Positions 36,495 to 45,807 of a DNA stretch of 64,000 nt are shown piece by piece (within the stretch, counting starts at the first letter, position 1; each line of letters starts with the position of its first letter). Both the position numbers and the translations under genes were made by a program. Under the pieces are notes generated by a model. That model had not been told where the DNA came from, made no database searches, and saw only the letters and a program-made list of their open reading frames with translations. The DNA is from a virus, in the IMG/VR virus record IMGVR_UViG_3300025118_000006, positions 14,500-78,499 of that record; one strand, given 5' to 3'.

Positions 36495-38157
36495 GCAGCG
36501 GCATAGAACTATACTCGACATCCAAGCTGACACGTCTAGCGCAGAGCAGGCGATTCAGCGTTTAGAGGATAGGATACGGTCGATGCAGCAGGCGGCTAAC
36601 ATCACATTCGGTGGTGGAGGCGGCGGTGGCGGTGGTGGCGGTGGTGGCCAAATCAACGCGGGAGCTTCAGGTACCGGCTCACACAGGCGCGGTCGGTACG
36701 GCGGGTCAGATCAAGTAAGGGACAGCCAGGGAAGATTCGTTGGCGAAGGTGGTGGAAGCGGTGGCGGCAGCATGTTTCAGGGCCTTGGTCGAGGTTTGCT
36801 CGGGCTTGGCGCTGTCGGCTTTGCGGGTCAAGTAGGTGGATACTCTGCTGGGCAAGTCTCCCCAGGATATGGCGGCGTAGCTGCTCGCCAACAGCAGCGT
36901 TTAGCGATGGGCCAGACAGCCGGTATGACAGCCGGTGGCGCATTGATGATGACAGGCAACCCGGCTCTTATGGCTGGTGGTGCGCTGCTCTCTATCGGTA
37001 GCTCGTTCTTCGGGTCACGCTCGCGTGCAGACCTTCAGCGACAGCAGAATCAGGCTCAAATGCGTCAATCGGTAGCCGAACGAAGCATTAGCATTAACAT
37101 GGCCATGCGAAGAGCTTCCTTTCAGGGCGCGAACGTGTTTGGAGCAGACGCAAGCGCGCAGAACGACCCATTTTCAATGTTGCGTACGGGTGCCAATTTG
37201 GGCATGGACCCAACACAAGCGGCTGGAATGCTTCAGCAAATCACCACGGCTGGTGGTGGTGGCTTTAACGGTGACTTCATGGGTCGAAACCCACAGACCT
37301 TCGCAACCAACCTCATTCAAAGCCTCGCAGCCGGTGTCAGCGCGGGGGGGATGGGGAATTTTGCAGGGCAGTTTAGGGCCGGTGGTGGTTTTCGTATGGG
37401 TGGAAACCGAGGGCTCGGCGGTGGCGAGTTGATGATGGGGCTTATACGCAGCGGGCAAGAGCAAGGTCTTGGCTCCGCTGGTATCGACCAGATGTTATCT
37501 TCGTTCACTCGTATCGGGCAGATGATGGAGGAGAAGGGCATGAAAATAGCCCCAGAATCCATCCTGAGCTTCTCTGAGAGCCTTCGTGGGCACGGGGGCA
37601 TGAATGGCCCATTCGCGGGCGCACAGGGCATGAGAGCGGCCCAGACGATGATACAAAGCAACCTGGGTGCGCGGGATAAGTTACTTTCTCCCTTCCAGGG
37701 GCTAGGCCAAACGATGGCGATGGCGACGGCACTAGATAAAACGGGCGGTAACCTTGTGGCCGCAACCGACCTGCTAGAAACGGGTGGCCCCGGATTCGCG
37801 GCTAACTCGGTGCTCGGCTTTGGTGGAGAGGATTCGTTTTTGTCGAAGATGGTTTTCCGGTCTATGGGGTTCGGGGGAGGTCAGGCTGATGTCCTTGCTT
37901 CCGGTGGCTTTAGGAACGTGAACACGGCGGGATTAGCAGACCAACTCGACACATCGTTTGCTATGGGCGGGGGAATGGACATTGCAGCACCGGACGCACC
38001 GGGGGCCGCCGTAGCCCAGGCATCGAAGACCCTTCGCCAACAACAGATGATTAGTGGTGGCGAAGCGACGAACATAATTAGGTCATTGGCAAATATGGAG
38101 GATGCGTGGGTACGCACGGCATCTTCTCTTGAGAAGTACGTGACCAAGAATTACTAA
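36487..38157 (+). CDS. tape measure protein (short, Gly/Met/Gln-rich)
   Basis: Position after the chaperones; I.ADTS N-terminus; RDSQGRF motif; Gly/Ala helical content. Confidence 0.7.
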   Translation: MPEQRHRTILDIQADTSSAEQAIQRLEDRIRSMQQAANITFGGGGGGGGGGGGGQINAGASGTGSHRRGRYGGSDQVRDSQGRFVGEGGGSGGGSMFQGLGRGLLGLGAVGFAGQVGGYSAGQVSPGYGGVAARQQQRLAMGQTAGMTAGGALMMTGNPALMAGGALLSIGSSFFGSRSRADLQRQQNQAQMRQSVAERSISINMAMRRASFQGANVFGADASAQNDPFSMLRTGANLGMDPTQAAGMLQQITTAGGGGFNGDFMGRNPQTFATNLIQSLAAGVSAGGMGNFAGQFRAGGGFRMGGNRGLGGGELMMGLIRSGQEQGLGSAGIDQMLSSFTRIGQMMEEKGMKIAPESILSFSESLRGHGGMNGPFAGAQGMRAAQTMIQSNLGARDKLLSPFQGLGQTMAMATALDKTGGNLVAATDLLETGGPGFAANSVLGFGGEDSFLSKMVFRSMGFGGGQADVLASGGFRNVNTAGLADQLDTSFAMGGGMDIAAPDAPGAAVAQASKTLRQQQMISGGEATNIIRSLANMEDAWVRTASSLEKYVTKNY

Positions 38158-40592
38158 TGACCACGAAAACACCAAACGAAGATGTCGGCTTTGCTTCCGC
38201 TGGAATTTGCGTCGAATTGCACACTTTCGACAAGAACACGGTCTTGGACCTGAGTGACGCTGCCAAAGCTGAGGGCCTCAATACCCAACTTTCATCGTGG
38301 CTGCTGGCCTCGGATAACAGTGTCCAGGGAATTGATGATGGTTGGCTCAAAGATGTGGTGAGAGGTAATAATCTAGGCGACCTGACGGAAAAAACAGGCG
38401 GCCAGGTTTCGGAACCGAAGATACCCGACGCATCCGCTTGGCAGGGAGGAGGTATCCCGCTAGACGTGACCTGCTGGGTGAAAAGCCTCTCTTGGTCACA
38501 GTCTACGACGCCACCATACGACACAATATCTGTAGAGCTTGCCTTGCCTGTTGCAGACGCAGGGTGGCTCGCAAAGCACCTAATGAGCGATGCCCAAGGC
38601 GGTTGCGTCGTAGTTCGCCGTCGCGGTGGGTACTCAACCAACACAACAACCGATTGGCCAGCCGTGGCGTGGGGTTTTATTGACAACGTAGAGCACGGTG
38701 CGAGCGCGGGTCAGAATGGTGAAATCAGAAGTTATGGTGTCCAGATTAAGACTATCAGTTGGTTTCAATATCTTCGGTACACGAGGCCGATAGTGGACGT
38801 TTTTCAGGCGGCACAGGCGAAGGCAGCGGGCTCTGAAATTGGCGGGTTTAGGATTGGGACGCTATTTTCGTTGTCGAGTTGGTACAAAGGTGTAGTTACA
38901 CCTATGCTCAAAGGCATGACGGGCGTCCGCGTTCACCGGCTGGTAAGATCGCTCCTGAAAGTTCTGGGCTCTCCACAAATACCAAAGTCACTCACTCCAG
39001 GCGCAAATAGTAGCAGGGACAGGGAAATCGGTCGGTCGGTTTACGTGTATCAATCGATGGGTGCAGACATGGTGTACAACCATGCTTACACACCGACTGG
39101 TGATGTCGGGAAACAGGAGTTGGAAAAATGGGCGGCTGGCGGCGTTAATGCGATTCATCCGACAGCAAACGTGTCTGTTCCTGCACCACCACCGGGAGCA
39201 AGAGTTGTGTGCCCACCCGGCATCGCAATGCTGAATCTTGGCGACTGGAAACAGACATCGTCTGTACATGACATGATTCGTCAGAATTTCGCGCCAGACG
39301 ACGCGCTCATCGAGATGTTCCCATCGCTTGTTCCGCTCGACCACCATTTAAAAGAAAACGCTAATTTCGGGAAGGACTGTAAGTATTGGAAAGGCGATAA
39401 ATCGCTTACACCATTAGGCCGTGGCCTAAATGCGTTCCCGACCCTTATCTATCGCTTCATACCGGACGCTGGAGAGACTTACAGTGGAGAGATGGCGCAT
39501 GTTCTTATCGGAGGCTCGACACGAGAAGGCTCTAAGTTTAGCGAGAATCGAATCAAAGTAAATCAGGTTATGAGCTACCGAATTCGTTACGAGGAATCCT
39601 CTCGAATGAACGTGTTCGCTGCAATCTTTCCGCTTTCGCCTGAGTCTGAGATAAAATTCAAAGGCGGGCTTCCCATTTATCTTAGCTCGTCCATGAAAAG
39701 GTTCGGCTGTAGGGCATACGAGCCCAACTACACCTTCATCGGCTTACCGAAGCAAAAGCGTGAAGACAATCATTACATTACTGGCATGAATGATGCCGAA
39801 ATTAAGGCAGTTGCAGAGTATATGGTCAAGCACGGAAAGGTTGACCAGTTCGGTAATGTGACATCTATGATGGACTCCACGACCACTGACCAGATAGCGC
39901 GTCTGACTGGCCAATTCGGGACGAGCCAAGATAAAGTCATGGAGAAGATGACTGCGTTTTCTAAGTACGCGCAAGCGGCGTTTGAGGTGAAGGAGCGTGT
40001 CGAAAGCGGTCAATCGGACGGCATGGCGGCTGCCGACAACATGGAAGGTGCGCTTTTGCAGGCGAGGGGTTACGCAGATCAGGTACAACAGGCTTTAATC
40101 TTCACACTTCTTCGCCAAGTCAATGAATACAGCGCAAAAGTACATTACTGGGGTCCACTTGTTGGGAATTGCTCTGCGAGCACAGCGTACACACCGGAGC
40201 TTCAGGCCGGGATGCACGTAGAGTTGACCCCGTTTCCAGACCAGCTTCACACAAAAAAGCGGTATGGGGCAGCGGTCGATCAGGCGTACTCGTCGTTTGA
40301 CCCGGCAACTGGAAAGCCACAAGCGAAGGGCTTTGATGATTTCACAATTGACGGGTACTGCACTGAGGTGACGCATTCAATTTCTGTGGGTGAGTCTGGG
40401 GCTGTTAGTAGGCGAACAGATATGTCATTGGCGCGAGCAAGAACATTTCACGGTTTTCCAGGCCCAGGTTCATCGTTAGACATGGACTTTCGATCTTTTC
40501 GTGGAATGAGTGACGAGCAGGCAAGGAAGGTCGCAGACGAGCTACCCAGTGCGACTGGAAGCGACTGGTCATCCGATTCAGGCGATAGGTAA
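38157..40592 (+). CDS. putative baseplate hub protein
   Basis: Follows TMP; WGFIDNV; PELQAG...GYCTEVTHSISV...T...L.R C-terminal pattern. Confidence 0.55.
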   Translation: MTTKTPNEDVGFASAGICVELHTFDKNTVLDLSDAAKAEGLNTQLSSWLLASDNSVQGIDDGWLKDVVRGNNLGDLTEKTGGQVSEPKIPDASAWQGGGIPLDVTCWVKSLSWSQSTTPPYDTISVELALPVADAGWLAKHLMSDAQGGCVVVRRRGGYSTNTTTDWPAVAWGFIDNVEHGASAGQNGEIRSYGVQIKTISWFQYLRYTRPIVDVFQAAQAKAAGSEIGGFRIGTLFSLSSWYKGVVTPMLKGMTGVRVHRLVRSLLKVLGSPQIPKSLTPGANSSRDREIGRSVYVYQSMGADMVYNHAYTPTGDVGKQELEKWAAGGVNAIHPTANVSVPAPPPGARVVCPPGIAMLNLGDWKQTSSVHDMIRQNFAPDDALIEMFPSLVPLDHHLKENANFGKDCKYWKGDKSLTPLGRGLNAFPTLIYRFIPDAGETYSGEMAHVLIGGSTREGSKFSENRIKVNQVMSYRIRYEESSRMNVFAAIFPLSPESEIKFKGGLPIYLSSSMKRFGCRAYEPNYTFIGLPKQKREDNHYITGMNDAEIKAVAEYMVKHGKVDQFGNVTSMMDSTTTDQIARLTGQFGTSQDKVMEKMTAFSKYAQAAFEVKERVESGQSDGMAAADNMEGALLQARGYADQVQQALIFTLLRQVNEYSAKVHYWGPLVGNCSASTAYTPELQAGMHVELTPFPDQLHTKKRYGAAVDQAYSSFDPATGKPQAKGFDDFTIDGYCTEVTHSISVGESGAVSRRTDMSLARARTFHGFPGPGSSLDMDFRSFRGMSDEQARKVADELPSATGSDWSSDSGDR

Positions 40593-40598
40593 CGAGAT

Positions 40599-42551
40599 AT
40601 GGATTTTGTTCAAAAATGTGGAGGCAGGTTGCCCGCTGGAGGCACCTCAGACGTGAACAACGTCGGGTCGATTAGGGAGTTCACAAAGGGCCTTCTTATG
40701 TCCTACGGGCCTGCCGCAGACGGCGGGATGGTGGGAGAGGTATTCGATTTACATGGGTGTCATGTGTATACGGAGTGCCAATTTCTTCATCACGGCGGGA
40801 TGTCCGAAGGCAAGATGAACTGGGACTTTGGTTACGAGCCACCACACCCGGATGTTATGGATAGCCTCATGGGTAACAGGCCGATGTCGGGAGAGGCTGG
40901 TGGGTCAGAGTGGGATAAGGCCAGTTTTGTGCTTTTAGGCTTCATTAACGAAGGCTCTACCCGGATGCCGGTCATCATGGGCCAACTACTCAGCTTGAAG
41001 CAGCGGGTTCTGATGGCTGCCACGTTTGCCGATGACCAAACTGCAAACCGGGGCTCGGGGTCGCTTCTTGGTGGCCGTGTTTCAGGGCGTGACCTTGTAA
41101 GACAGGCGGGAGGCACGCTATTTCAGATATCATACCAAGGCGGCGTCACGTTTGACACGAACTGGCTATCTAAGTCGGACATGCTTGCCGACTCTGTTAG
41201 CAAGGGACTAGCGGACGCATCAGAGCAGAATGCCCGACCGGGCACGGGATCATCTCGCGTATCAACATCCAGCGATGGAGTCTCGCGGGAGTGGTTACCA
41301 AAGACGCCATATATCAGATTTATCTGCACGCACACCGAGGAGGGATTGCGTGGGGAGGTGTCAGTTATCCTTCAGAGGTGGTCTTGGAAAAAAGCAAAAG
41401 CAGGCGGTGGATGGGGAACGGAGTACCCGTCCGAAGAAAGAAAAAACGCGATACTGAAGCGTGACTTTCCCATGCTCGGACAGCGGGTATCAACTTTAAT
41501 GTATGCAGCGTTCAAACATTTTGAGCAGCGTATTTTCCAACTCGAAACCCAGATGTTGTGGTGCTGGAATCAGTTCATCACAGTCGAAAAAGAATTTGGT
41601 AAACTCGATGGTGCAGTTGTCTTGGGTACGGGGTCTTTTAACGGAACCCTAAAGACTCCTCTGGCTACGGTGGCTGGAGGCCCCGTCACAACACCCCACT
41701 CATATTATTGGGGCAGCAAGGGCCTTTTTGAGCACTCAGACCAGAACTCGACGAAAACCGGCAAACATTACATAAGCGGGGCTGCTGGAAATCAGCGCGA
41801 TGGGTGGGGAAGCAGAATCCCCTACGGCGTGCCAACCACGCCAGAGCACGTAAAGGCGTATGATGCCAACCACAGTAAGAACTCCTCGTCGCAAGAGGAG
41901 GCCGCGATGGCATCGACGGTCAAGATGACTGAAAAAAACACCGCCAAAAGCGCAAATTTTGTCAGTGAATTAAATGAGCAGCGGGAGAATTGTGCTCGAC
42001 CACCATCCTACGGAGAGCGTGTCCGGGGTCTGGTTCGGTGGTATCAGGGAGGCTACAATAGCGCCTGGGTGAATTGGCCTGGGCGGTCTTCTTTGACCAT
42101 CAAAAATCCAACGTGGGAAAAGGATATATCAGCGTTCAGTAACATCAAAAACATGAATCCCGTCTCAGGCGCGGGCGCGGGCTCAGGCAGGCTCCATCCG
42201 GTTACCAGTGTTGCTAATAGCCCCTACAACGAAACATCAACCAATATTCAGAAAGCTCTGCCAGCGTCGATAGAATTTCACTTTCCCTGCGATGCCAAGA
42301 TCGCAACTCCATTTTTTAAGAAGCAAGACGTAGGATATGGTCACTACGCACTAAACAGCCCAGAACAGAATGCGCCGATGATCGCCGCGATGACGTTCTC
42401 AGAAACAGCGATGAATCTATTTACCGCTGGCATCCACGTCTCGGGAATGAGCGTGGATGAAGACAGCCCATCGTTCGGATTCGAGACTGTGATGAACAAA
42501 AAAGAAGAATCTGTCACGCAAGATCTACGAAAATTCTTTCACGAGAGTTAA
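40599..42551 (+). CDS. putative baseplate spike (gp5/gpV-like OB-fold) protein
   Basis: VLLGFINEG..MPVIMG OB-fold motif; position. Confidence 0.5.
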   Translation: MDFVQKCGGRLPAGGTSDVNNVGSIREFTKGLLMSYGPAADGGMVGEVFDLHGCHVYTECQFLHHGGMSEGKMNWDFGYEPPHPDVMDSLMGNRPMSGEAGGSEWDKASFVLLGFINEGSTRMPVIMGQLLSLKQRVLMAATFADDQTANRGSGSLLGGRVSGRDLVRQAGGTLFQISYQGGVTFDTNWLSKSDMLADSVSKGLADASEQNARPGTGSSRVSTSSDGVSREWLPKTPYIRFICTHTEEGLRGEVSVILQRWSWKKAKAGGGWGTEYPSEERKNAILKRDFPMLGQRVSTLMYAAFKHFEQRIFQLETQMLWCWNQFITVEKEFGKLDGAVVLGTGSFNGTLKTPLATVAGGPVTTPHSYYWGSKGLFEHSDQNSTKTGKHYISGAAGNQRDGWGSRIPYGVPTTPEHVKAYDANHSKNSSSQEEAAMASTVKMTEKNTAKSANFVSELNEQRENCARPPSYGERVRGLVRWYQGGYNSAWVNWPGRSSLTIKNPTWEKDISAFSNIKNMNPVSGAGAGSGRLHPVTSVANSPYNETSTNIQKALPASIEFHFPCDAKIATPFFKKQDVGYGHYALNSPEQNAPMIAAMTFSETAMNLFTAGIHVSGMSVDEDSPSFGFETVMNKKEESVTQDLRKFFHES

Positions 42552-42575
42552 AATGTGTGTTTTTGGAGGTAAATT

Positions 42576-44357
42576 ATGGAATTTCTAGGAAGCCTAAATC
42601 CGCACGCGACTCCGATTAAATATATAATTGAGTACACAACGAGCGGTGGTGACGTGAAATACATACCGCTCCCATACAACCCGATACAGATTCGCTTCAA
42701 CAAACAATTTGCGACGGTGGTGACCCCGACCCTTGGCCGGCTTCCTGTGGTAGAGCATTCAGGCCCTCGGTTCATGGAGATTGAGCTTCAGGGTCGCACG
42801 GGCCTCAAAGAGCGAAGACAGGTGTTAGACGGGGGGTGGTGGTCACCAAACAACATCTTCGACGGTTACGCGGCATTCTCGAAGCTGTACAAGGCTTTGG
42901 TGGATTGGGAATCGGAGGCCGCCTCGATTGAAGCCGAACACCATAGTGAAAAAAAGCCCTTTAGGCTCGCAGCCTCTTCTTTTACTGGGTTAAAGTTCGA
43001 CGATGCAGACCAGAACCTAACGCGGTCTGGTGGTCGAATGGTTTTACGCGCACTTGACGAGCAAATCGAATACCACGTTGAGCCAACCTCGTTCACTTGG
43101 TCAAGGCGGGCGTCTGGGCCTCGTTTTGGGTACCAGTACACACTAAACCTTAAGGGGTACGGCGAAGCAGAGAGGATATCCAAGCCTAGCGTTGTCGAGA
43201 TGGCGTTTAGTGCGTACGCGGGAGCAACCGCGTTTATCGATACCTACCGGCGTGGCGTTCAAAATCTGACCGGCATTGTGAGCGACCTCAATGCTTTGGT
43301 CCACGGCGCGTCAACTCAGATCAAAAGAACCGCGCTCACTGTCATAAATATGGGCAACGAGCTTGTGGCTACATCGCGAGCGTTAAAAAACACTCCAGGC
43401 AATTTAAGCCTCAACGCGCTGGAGGTATCAAACAGATATAAAGCTCTTATGAACGACTTGCAGAACGCATTCGATGACGAGGACGTATACGACGCGGACA
43501 CTGATCCTCAAACAAACGCAGTAGCCAAATCGAGCGTTCACGACTTCCTGCTGGCACTAGCCCCAACGATAAATGCCGCGAATTTAACAGCCGCATCAAC
43601 GCTCCAACTCCACTACCAACCGAACATGCCATACGTGTATTTCCAGTCACAGTTGGATGTTGAGAAGCAGATGGGGCTAGAGTCGATGGATGGTGCGATA
43701 CTCAGTGACGAGCGCAATCGATCACATGCAGTCGAGGCTGGTTTTGATGGTGGCGACTGCGTCTACCATACAGTCGGTGTTGGCGAAAGCCTGTATGAAA
43801 TTGCTGAAAAGTATTACAACTCCCGACATTCGGTTGGCCTCTTGATGCTGGCTAATCCGGCCCTTGATGAGATGTACGCCTCGGACGCTGGGACGCCAGG
43901 GTATTTAGAGGTCGGTAGCGTGCTTATTGTGCCAAGCCCATCAAATAAAGAGCAGGGAATCGTTGATCCTAACAACCCACTCGTTCAAGGGCTCTTTGGA
44001 ATCGACCTAATGCTCGACGAAGACGGTGATCTAAAGATCAAAGGTGATGATAGCGATGATATCGCGTTGATCCGGGGGCATGAAAATCTTCGACAGGGCC
44101 TTCTGAACAAGCTAAAAACATATCGTGGCGACAACAAGGTTTTCCCTGAAATCGGCCTACCGATACGTCCTGGCGACCCTTCGTCTACGGAATCTATCGC
44201 GATTCTTTTGTCCGAACTGAAGAATCAGATTGTAGGAGATAAGCGGGTTTCCAGGCTGCAAGACGTACAGATTGTGGACGGTGGCGACCGCCTCGCGGTA
44301 AGATGCGATGTGTATCCTGTGGCTGGTGGATTTATACCGGCTGAGATACCGATTTAG
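42576..44357 (+). CDS. baseplate protein: tube-initiator-like N-terminus plus LysM plus gp25/GPW-like C-terminus
   Basis: LPYNP..I; HTVGVGESLYEIAEKYY...AN...L.VG.VL.VP; GIDL.....DL......G.ENL.Q....L.T..G....PE.G...D.RV. Confidence 0.7.
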   Translation: MEFLGSLNPHATPIKYIIEYTTSGGDVKYIPLPYNPIQIRFNKQFATVVTPTLGRLPVVEHSGPRFMEIELQGRTGLKERRQVLDGGWWSPNNIFDGYAAFSKLYKALVDWESEAASIEAEHHSEKKPFRLAASSFTGLKFDDADQNLTRSGGRMVLRALDEQIEYHVEPTSFTWSRRASGPRFGYQYTLNLKGYGEAERISKPSVVEMAFSAYAGATAFIDTYRRGVQNLTGIVSDLNALVHGASTQIKRTALTVINMGNELVATSRALKNTPGNLSLNALEVSNRYKALMNDLQNAFDDEDVYDADTDPQTNAVAKSSVHDFLLALAPTINAANLTAASTLQLHYQPNMPYVYFQSQLDVEKQMGLESMDGAILSDERNRSHAVEAGFDGGDCVYHTVGVGESLYEIAEKYYNSRHSVGLLMLANPALDEMYASDAGTPGYLEVGSVLIVPSPSNKEQGIVDPNNPLVQGLFGIDLMLDEDGDLKIKGDDSDDIALIRGHENLRQGLLNKLKTYRGDNKVFPEIGLPIRPGDPSSTESIAILLSELKNQIVGDKRVSRLQDVQIVDGGDRLAVRCDVYPVAGGFIPAEIPI

Positions 44358-44365
44358 GGGTTCCA

Positions 44366-45805
44366 ATGCCATTCACACCACGCCTAAGAAATGAAATCTT
44401 GCAAGACATGGTCGCTCGCGTCGTTGCGAGGACCGAATTAAATGACCTCAACGCAGGCTCGGTGTTGTTACAAATCCTGGGTTCTGTAGCTGAAGAGCTT
44501 GAGCATATTGAGCTACGGATGAAGTCGGTTCGTGACAGTTACTTTCTCGAAGGTGTTTTCGGATCGGAGCTTGATGAGCGCGTTGCTGAACTACCACCGA
44601 ACGGCGTTATAAGAAAGGGTGCGGTTTCTGCACGCGGGACAGTGACGATTCAGAGAACAGTATCCGCTGGTGATGCTGGCCTTTCTGTTCCGGTCGGCGG
44701 CCTGATTGTGTCCTCGACTTTTAATCCTGGGGTCACCTACACAAACGACGCGGTAATCAGCTTTGCGACCGATGCAGCGAGCGCAAACGCTAATGTGGTA
44801 TCGCTAGTCCCAGGCACGTCCAGCAATACAGCGGCAGGCACGATTAACTCGATTGACTTGAGCCCGAGCCCCTCGGTGTTTAGCGTTACCAACGCTGCAC
44901 CAATAGCGGGCGGCCAAACAAGGGAGAGTGACGCATCACTACGCGCTCGCGCTAAAAAATACCTAAAGTCCCTATCTCGATGCCAGCGGCCCGCGCTGGA
45001 GTATAAGGCGATAACTTTTACCGGCAGTAATGGTGACACTTTCAAAAATGCGACTGTCTATGAAGATGTCAGCCGACCCGGCTATTGTGAATTGGTTGTG
45101 GACGATAAAGGTACCACCGCGAATGGTGTGTCTTTAGGCGCAATTCCTCCACAGGTGACAGTCCCATCGACAGGTATTTCGCAGTTATACTTTCAGGCCC
45201 CGGCGCAGGACGCGCCAAAAATATTTAAGAAAGCGAGTGGTGCATCGACGTTTACAGAGCTAGAGCCCGATGTCTACAAGTCGGACTTTACAATCATCGA
45301 GGAGCGAGGCGTTGTTTACATCAATAACCCTGAGCTTTTCTCGACTGGCGATACCATAGCCGTCGGAGTTGTTGCTGACACGTCAGCGGACTTGATCGAT
45401 GCAACGCAATCCGGCTACTACGTTTACGGTGCTTCGATCAAAGAGCTTCAAGATCAGTTGGAGGGTGACCTCAATAAAGGCGCGGGCTTTTACGGTTTCC
45501 GTGCAGCCGGAACCAGGGTCCGGGTGGTGCCACCGACAGCGCAGTATTTTGATGTAGAATTCACAGCAACTTATACGACAGCGTCGGAAGTAGCTCTTTT
45601 CGGAGAACAGGCTCAGTTGGCCGTCGTTGACTATGTGAACGAATTGGCCCCAGGGCAGCCAGCCCTGCTCGCAGAAATGTCGCGCAGAATTATGGATATC
45701 TCTGGTGTAACGAACGTGCTCATAAATGAGCCACAGACTGACGTGTATCCTAAGTCGATGCGTCACAGCCTTCGCGTCGAGAAGGCCAATATTACGGTGG
45801 TCTAA
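44366..45805 (+). CDS. baseplate J-like wedge protein
   Basis: DLNAGSV...L..VA.E; R..A..ARG.V; G...N..AG.I; N.....GG..RESDA.LRAR; RAAG. Confidence 0.88.
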   Translation: MPFTPRLRNEILQDMVARVVARTELNDLNAGSVLLQILGSVAEELEHIELRMKSVRDSYFLEGVFGSELDERVAELPPNGVIRKGAVSARGTVTIQRTVSAGDAGLSVPVGGLIVSSTFNPGVTYTNDAVISFATDAASANANVVSLVPGTSSNTAAGTINSIDLSPSPSVFSVTNAAPIAGGQTRESDASLRARAKKYLKSLSRCQRPALEYKAITFTGSNGDTFKNATVYEDVSRPGYCELVVDDKGTTANGVSLGAIPPQVTVPSTGISQLYFQAPAQDAPKIFKKASGASTFTELEPDVYKSDFTIIEERGVVYINNPELFSTGDTIAVGVVADTSADLIDATQSGYYVYGASIKELQDQLEGDLNKGAGFYGFRAAGTRVRVVPPTAQYFDVEFTATYTTASEVALFGEQAQLAVVDYVNELAPGQPALLAEMSRRIMDISGVTNVLINEPQTDVYPKSMRHSLRVEKANITVV

Positions 45806-45807
45806 AA

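Noticed and set aside
36610-36650. GGT/GGC run as a contingency microsatellite
   Set aside because: Mixed codons encode a poly-Gly linker; length changes would stay in frame.
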